In this document: positions 56,877-64,000 of the stretch, piece after piece
Layout: every line of letters starts with the position of its first letter
How positions within the stretch are numbered: position 1 is the first letter of the stretch
Source of the DNA: Cyanidioschyzon merolae
Taxonomy: Eukaryota
Strand: one strand, 5' to 3'
Assembly: GCA_000091205.1 (NCBI GenBank)
Contig: AP006494.2
Length of the DNA stretch: 64,000 nucleotides
Made by a program: the position numbers and the translations under genes
The notes under the pieces: model-generated
What the model saw: the letters and a program-made list of their open reading frames with translations, nothing else
What the model was told of the DNA's origin: nothing
Databases searched by the model: none

Positions 56877-58213
56877 CACGATCATCAACTCCAGCCTATA
56901 TGGGGTTTGTTCTGTAATTAGATTCTCCACCGTTCTCTTACGAGCGGATTGCAATACCTTGGACGTCTCTTGTCCTCTAAAATCGTTTACAGCAGTCAAA
57001 GGGTGATGACGGCAGCGCTCAAGTCCAGAGTTCACAGCATCCTGCAGTTTTTCACGTATTGCATGCATAGACGCAAGTCACAGTTCCCATGTCTTCTTCG
57101 TACACATCTGAGTGCGTCCTTCACACCAGTGACACTCGGCTGTGGTCAGCAGGCGATCGAATACGTCCTCGACAACGCCGCCCCCACGAGCTGTCCTGCA
57201 GCGCGTGAACGCTCGCGGCATCACTCGATGGATGCCCTTGACGCATACTGAAAGCACCCAGCGAGGCGCTCGCTTCCGTTCCCGAGCCCCGTACCCTACA
57301 CTGGGATCATCCGCTTCAGCTGAGCGATATCCTCAGCGAGTGTTGTATCGGCTGTGGGCGCAAGCGCACGCTGTTCGATTCGGCGGAGGAGTTATGGAAT
57401 GCAATCTAGTCCGCCATGAAACGTGTACAGAAACGTACGTTCAAACCGGAGAACAAGCCGATAGACTCCGATCCGTCGACGCTTGTCTCGTACGTAGCGG
57501 TGGCGCATGCCCTACTGGTACCGAGTGCTGCGATGACCCCAGTCCGCTTCAGTCCACTTTTCCATGCGAGAACAGGAGAGACGAGCGCTTCTGGCACCAG
57601 CAGCAGCAGCAGCAGCAGCAGCACCAACGCGCCCTGAGAGGCATCACGCTGGTACTGAATGTCGATTCTTCACTGGTCATCACGAAAGGAGGATTTGTTT
57701 TCCGAAATGAATCGATCATTTGACGTGACAAGGCCAGTGGACGTTCAGCAAGCGCTCGTGAACAATGCGTCAGAGGACGACACGTCGGGGTTTCTCGCGT
57801 TGCGAGCCCCGCTGAACGTCTCGCAGTGCGCACACGAGTTGCCTTGAGCCCCAAAATATAAGATCGATCATGTAGAGACTTCGTGATTTAAACATACTGC
57901 ATGTCAGAAATGGAGAAGAGTCGAGATACGTGCGAATGAAGTGTATCATGGTGTCACTGTATCGGTTGGTTGACGAACGCACGTACGAAAGCGTCGTGAA
58001 GCATCTTGATATCGGTGACGCCAGGAAATCCAGCAGCCGGGCGTCGAAGAGACCCCCGCGACCAGACCAGCGATCATCCTAGAAGTACGAATGAATCCGT
58101 GATCCCCCATTGCTGTACCTGGGCTCTCGATGCTGGGCATCTAGAAACGTTCGGAACTACATCGCCAGGCATGCATGGAGCATGCAGCTCAGCACTCCAT
58201 TCTATACTGACAC
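56877..58213 (+). repeat. Dispersed direct repeat, copy B (about 1,337 bp; (CAG)9 tract at 57598-57624)
   Basis: See copy A. Confidence 0.9.
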
Positions 58214-60153
58214 GGGTACAGGAAAGCGCATCAAGACAGCGTTCTCGATTTACATCGGCACTGAGCTTTAGGTGATTGCGAGATTGCAATCGGGGCTCCC
58301 AACGGTGATTAATATGCAAACCGTTAAGCTGATGTCCGCTTCGAATAACTCACCGCCGACAAGACATGGAACCACTCATCGTCCGGGAACCATGTTCGGT
58401 TCGGGACCCGGGAATGAATCCATACTCTTGGATCTGACGGTAACGCAAAGAGTCTCGGTTGCAGGAGTCTCGCCAACAAAGGGCATCTATGATTTTTTGT
58501 CTGAGAAAGACTTTTGTCAGTGCGAGCAATCAGATTCTCCGTATGCTACGGTATGTGCTCTGGTATTTGAAGCGAAAGGATGGGTGTCGGGAACAGAGCA
58601 GATTACCTTGGAGTAGATGCTCCCACATCTTCCGAATATTGCTCCATTGGTTCTCGATTTTCGCCTTTGCAATGCAAGATACCAATGGCGACACACCTAG
58701 TGAAGAGAATCTCGTTGTTCAGTGCACCCATGGGGGGATTGAGCCTTCTATGGAGGGAAACTGGCGCTCGACAACCCTTCTCGACGCTCAGTGGTCGATC
58801 GCTGGTCACGTATTTCCAAGAGCATCCTGAAGCGGACTGTTTCATTTACCAGCTCGTTTTGAGGAGCACCAAAGATACTCCGCCATCTTTATTCATCCTT
58901 ATATATGGACAGCCAGCACATGTAGAATCCGAGCGGAGAATCGTGCTCTGGCACGAACTATTGGGAAAGCGAACGCACCCGGCGGCACCCGGGTCGGAAA
59001 CAGCCTTCAGAAAGTCGACTAGACTGCCACGGTACAATACAACGTCCTATTGATCGATCACCTCATTGGGGTAGGTTTTGCTTCCATTTGTTGCCGTAGT
59101 CGTTCGACGAAGCGATGCTCCGAGAGACGCTTTCCCAAAAGTTCGTGAAAGCATTTCCAGGCAACGGCGCCAAGCAGGCGCGCAAGACTCGCATCTCTCG
59201 CAGCGCTAGCTCGACTTGTGTCGCGCAGCTTGCCTGCCTCGATGAACAACGAATCCTGTTACCAATTTGAGCGATCAGGGTAAATGAGTAGACGCTCAGC
59301 TTGTATCTTTTCCAGAGGAACGAACGGATCCTCGGTTAGCACTTAGTCTCTGGCGCGCACATGTTGCAAGGGTAATGGACACTCGAGAATCCACGAATTC
59401 GGTCTCTGGACAGCTCACAACGATTCAGCGTGACAGGTACTACTTCAACTCTGAAACGTTTCCTTTTGTTGAGTGAGGCGAGCACTCATCGCTCCCGTAA
59501 TAAGCCTCTGCGTTTCGATCCAAAACCAATCATGTACGATGCAATGCATGACGGTCTCGTACAGAATCGCGCTTCTTTCTGCGTCCATCCGTGGCTCTTC
59601 ATCACCGCCCATATCAACACTACGGAAAATTCATACCCAATCGCTTCTTCGGCAGTGTTTCTTAGACAGTCTACAGATTGGAGTGGATTGACAAGGAGAC
59701 AGCCGCGTAAATGGAGTCTGATAATGTCTGATATAGGTGCACATCGTTCAAGACAACGCCTACGCGATGAGTGGTTCATTAAGCTGCTGAGAGCAGAATT
59801 CTTAACTTGTAGAGACAGGTCCATTTTCTCGTAATGTCGGTGACAGCATAAAGTCATTCCGCAACCTTTCGACAACCTGCAGGAAACATTCTTTTTGTTG
59901 AACACCTGCGACAAAAAGAATCAAAAACAAAATATACATGCTGGTATGAATAGTGCAGAACTCAGCATTCCGCGTACAGCGATATCCGGCAGGCAAAACC
60001 TCTTTCGTGATCTTTTCATGCGGTTCAGCCTGCACATATCGGCGCAACGCCCGCCGTCGTGCATGAATTCAAAATACCTGTCGTTGTAGCATACTCTATT
60101 AGCCGCAAATTTGCAGCCAGATTGCATGCCGCAAGCGGTTCACGAGTACAGAC

Positions 60154-60993
60154 TCAGACGCTTGTTGGCGATTTGATAATGATGTCGCCTGGGCTCTGCC
60201 AGGTCCACGCACTTGTTACAACAGCGCTGCCGCGTTGTCCGCCATATTGCAGCTCGCGATAACGAGGCACTTCTTCTAGGCACCGCAAGACACAGCCAGG
60301 TGATCCGCCTTGATCGGAGGCATCTCGCCAGTGCGACTTGAACACGGACATGACGAGATGTTCGAGTTCTGCAGCGGTGCAGTTGCAACTCGTTATCACG
60401 AGCATCGACTTGTTTTTAATTGGGTTCAGCCATTCGAATATGCATCGACCAATGTACGCATGTACTTTCGCCATGTCGCCGCTGAGAAGGATGGCGTCCA
60501 GAGTGCCCTTGTCGTGCACGATTTCCACATGGCCGTCGCTCGTCGGCGGCGAATACGTAAGCACGTCACTAACCTGGAGGTCCAGCTGAACCTCTTTTCG
60601 GACTGACTCATCCCAGAGCTGGACAAAACTTCGTTTCGCGACCCGAACGCCGTAGATGGAAGCGTCAAAGCCATAGAGGCGTCGAAAACCGTACTTGTGC
60701 GCAAGTTCGCGTAGAAACTCACCGTTACCACAGCCGACGTCGAGCAGCCGCAACCGCTCGACGTCACACCCAGCTGTCTGTTGAAGCCAACGACCGAGAT
60801 GCGGTCGTGTCCAGCGTTGGAACCAATCCTCGAGAACCTCAGGGTTCTCTTCGAACTGCTCCAGTTCGTTCGCGTAGAACGCTTCCCAGTATTGCACATC
60901 GCCGAGTTCGCAAACACGCGTAGCTTCCTTAGTGGACGCACTTGCCTGCAACTGGGACGCTGCGCTCACATCGTGATCTCCTAACTGGTCCAT
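60154..60993 (-). CDS. Class I SAM-dependent methyltransferase, METTL10/Efm4-like (eEF1A lysine methyltransferase family). The start is either Met 60993 or Met 61038.
   Basis: 'VQYWEAFYANELEQFEE' (N-terminal YW...Y..EL..F motif of METTL10) and motif I 'LDVGCGNGEFLRELAHKYGF...GFDAS'. Confidence 0.65.
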   Translation of the reverse strand: MDQLGDHDVSAASQLQASASTKEATRVCELGDVQYWEAFYANELEQFEENPEVLEDWFQRWTRPHLGRWLQQTAGCDVERLRLLDVGCGNGEFLRELAHKYGFRRLYGFDASIYGVRVAKRSFVQLWDESVRKEVQLDLQVSDVLTYSPPTSDGHVEIVHDKGTLDAILLSGDMAKVHAYIGRCIFEWLNPIKNKSMLVITSCNCTAAELEHLVMSVFKSHWRDASDQGGSPGCVLRCLEEVPRYRELQYGGQRGSAVVTSAWTWQSPGDIIIKSPTSV

Positions 60994-63900
60994 TCGTGAA
61001 CGCAGTACCTGTGCAAGAACCCAGCGACGACTGCACACCCGTGCGGAGCCACAGCTTTCAGGGAACGTTCCAATGCCTTACAGCTCACTGACGCAGATGC
61101 ACGCCCGGCGACAAGCAAATGACGATTTGATCCATGGAACAGTGCGATGCATGCTACCGGAGAGCACGAGCAACCACGACAGAATCTACCCCGATGCAAC
61201 GCTCTCCAGGAAAAACCTCATGTCACTTTGCATGTCGACTCCCGTGCCAGCGTCGGGTAGAGCGTGATCCCGGGTCGAACGGCACGATACCGGCTGGAGC
61301 ACCTGACAGAAACCCCAGCGCCCCGATCTCAAGGAGCGTGAATCATTATGGATGGGGCTCAGCTGCTGTCGGTAACAGAGAGCGGACTGCAGATGTCATT
61401 CCCCGGATAAGTGTGCATATCTGGGACTGTTCCTGGTTGACACGTGGGAGCCGTGTGCATGCAACCAGGACGCACACCCGATCCACAGGATCGCCAGCTC
61501 GTACGCATGCATAGCCGTCTGGGCCGGTGTTACTCGACGCGGCCTGCAGAGTCGAGGCCTCTGTACTTGCAGGATTCTATATATCGACGTGCATGCATAG
61601 ACAAAGCCAGATTATCTTGTGGTATAAATTCGAACCGGTTGCGTGATGCGCAATCCAATAGAGACTTCAAGGGTGCACGAATCGGTTGGCGCTCTGCAAG
61701 CGATACACACAGCAATTGCACGATCCCATTCAGCTTGTCTTTCTTTGTCTGATCTCTGTGGATGAGAATTTTGCTCGCTTTTTGTCTCTGCGATGACAAC
61801 GCGATCGCAAAGGATCGAAAAAATCTCCAGCTGAACCTGCTTTCCTCGTGCTGTCTTTCGAGTAATGAAGGCGAGCAACCACAAAATTGACGCGTTGTTC
61901 TCCTGTTCAATTCTCTCAGAACGAGGTCCCCTGGTTATTGTTTGAGACAACCTCACGAGGACGGAAACTCTGGCTCTTGTTAAGAGACTTGAACGCCGAC
62001 GCGCGATCCTGGCTAGACGCTCGCGTCACAGTGTTATCTATGTGATCCAACGATTCTCAAAGATCCGCTCCGTCATTGAACCGCGCGAGAACGTTCGCCG
62101 CCCTTTCAAGGAAAAAATCCTTATTCGGTACGCTCGCTTAGCTAGTGACCGTATCGCGATTCTTCATACCATAACATGGGCGTGCCTGCAGCCGCCGATG
62201 CATATCCGGTTTCTACAGATGGACAGCAGTCTATGATTTTTGACCCGTACACGCGGAGTGCGAGTCGCAACAGATGAGACGCATCGTGGGCGCGCATGTG
62301 CACAACGGCCTCGAGCCTCTTCCCACGCACGTGCGTCGTTGCGCAGCCGTACAATTACTGCACCTTGAGAACGATGGCGTACGCAGCGTCAAAACAACTG
62401 GCAGCGCTGGGCACGGCGCCAGCGCGACCCCTGTTGCTGCGTCAATCTTTCCTCCGTACCTCATGGGCACATTCGCATGAGACTTGTCGAGCCTCGTGAC
62501 GTCTGGAGAGGAACACCAATCCCAGCGTCTGGTGCCGGTAGGAATCGCATAGCCGGTGTATTCTGTTTCGAACGACGCATCTGATACGGTAAAAGACAGG
62601 CATCATTTCTGCCTCGGCTGCATGCCGATGGCATGGACCGACCAAGTACGGTAGACGAGGTGCGGAACGACTGCACCCTTCTTGGATTCCAATGGAACAA
62701 TGCATTCCTTACTCTCTCCCTGCGTTGAGATTTCTTGCCCAACTTTTTTTAGATACATAGAATTGCCACTCAGAGTGAAGCAAAAAGGACTTGCGTTTTC
62801 ACAGGTAGCTTGAGCATTCTTAGTCTTTGATTTCTTCGATGCATCTTGTTCAACGCTATATTAAGGGAAATCGTTACGTTACCGAAATCAAGATGTTTCG
62901 AGACAGAATCGTACAAGGATTTATGAAAGAAGCGACCTCATAAACCAATGCAAATGTACAGGTCTAAACTCTTCTCCCTTCCCTTATGTGCACTATGCTC
63001 AAATCACGCATTCTTCAAATTATCGATCTCGCAGTTCCACGGCAGCTCGTGGGCGAAGCGAATCGCGCCCCTGGATTGACGACAAACAAGAATCGACGTC
63101 ACCCTTTGACGACTTGTTCACAAGCTCATGCCGAATGTTCACTAAACTTTTTACGTCAAACAATTCATTCCGTTAGAAAAAAGCCCTCATCTCTTTTTGG
63201 CCATCAACGACCCGATACTCAGTTCCAGCATGATGCCTTTCAGAGTCCACGCTCTCAGCGGATCCTTGCTCTTCTGTTCGCTTGGAAACGGATCTTTGAC
63301 TCGGATTTGAGCCATCGCAGCGACCGCTCCCAGTGGAGCGAGCGTCATCGCTCTGTTCCATGAAAGCGTCGACACAACGGCATGTATCGACTCGTTCTCC
63401 AGCCTGGACCCTGCTTCCGATACCTGTTTCATCATGCACAAGAATGCGTTCCCAAAATCCTCTACCAAACGGGACAGTGTGCGCTTGCGTGCGCAGCGGA
63501 CAGTTTACCCACAGACTGGGCGCCCGGAAACAAGCCCATCATCGTATTGCACGGCACTGCACAGGAATGGAGGTGCGAATCGACTTGAGCCTGCTCTACT
63601 AGTCATGGACATGTAGCGAGCGATGACGGAAGCGTTCAGGCGCCACAGGGCAGCCTGCGAAGGACGCCGTATAATGGACATACGGGAACACCTGACCAAA
63701 GCAGCGCGTCACCGCTGCGAAGCGTCCACTGAAGCTATCGACATAGACGATGAAACTGGCAAGCGAAACGTCGATGCCAAAGTCCACTTGTGCATAAAAT
63801 ACGGCGGGAACGTGCTTCGACTGCTGGAAACGAAGCTGGACGGGAGGACAGACCGGTGGATTCAAAACCGGATACAAAAAAGCGAAAAGAGGAAGCAGTC

Positions 63901-64000
63901 GACCATGAAGCCTGCCAAATCTGAGGTTGAATTTCCTTGTGAGGAGCTTTCCAATCATGAACATATACACCTGCTTTCGGTCAGTGAACCTGTCCCATTC

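Overview
This 64-kb window looks like nuclear DNA from a GC-rich, intron-poor eukaryote. Long single-exon genes sit on both strands, with strong GC3 codon bias and AT-richer spacers. The lineage cannot be assigned from the sequence alone, and there is no operon-like or kinetoplastid-like strand polarity. About 18 genes are recognisable by conserved motifs. They are: a MIR-less GT39/PMT-type O-mannosyltransferase; the proteasome ubiquitin receptor Rpn13/ADRM1; an FTR1 iron permease with two RExxE motifs; an adjacent split UDP-rhamnose pathway pair (3,5-epimerase/4-reductase followed by UDP-glucose 4,6-dehydratase); a Sec1/SLY1-family protein; Spo11/TopoVIA; BolA; a twin-Cx9C CMC1-like protein; LipB octanoyltransferase; a plant-type 2Fe-2S ferredoxin with a long presequence; an APE1/ExoIII AP endonuclease; CDC48/p97; a 1,732-aa protein with a C-terminal Ser/Thr kinase domain; SMC3 cohesin; and a METTL10-like methyltransferase. 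The accessory content is what stands out. The first is a decayed repeat family in four copies whose conceptual translation carries the D/E/D RuvC-like motifs of the TnpB/Fanzor (OMEGA nuclease) superfamily. It shares a roughly 200-bp conserved segment downstream of the ORF, and one head-to-head inverted pair abuts the APE1 start. The second is a pair of about 1.33-kb near-identical direct repeats 18.3 kb apart that bracket the CDC48, kinase and SMC3 block. There are also numerous microsatellites and minisatellites, and a lipase class-3 pseudogene fragment. No rRNA or CRISPR array was found, and tRNAs could not be identified reliably by eye.
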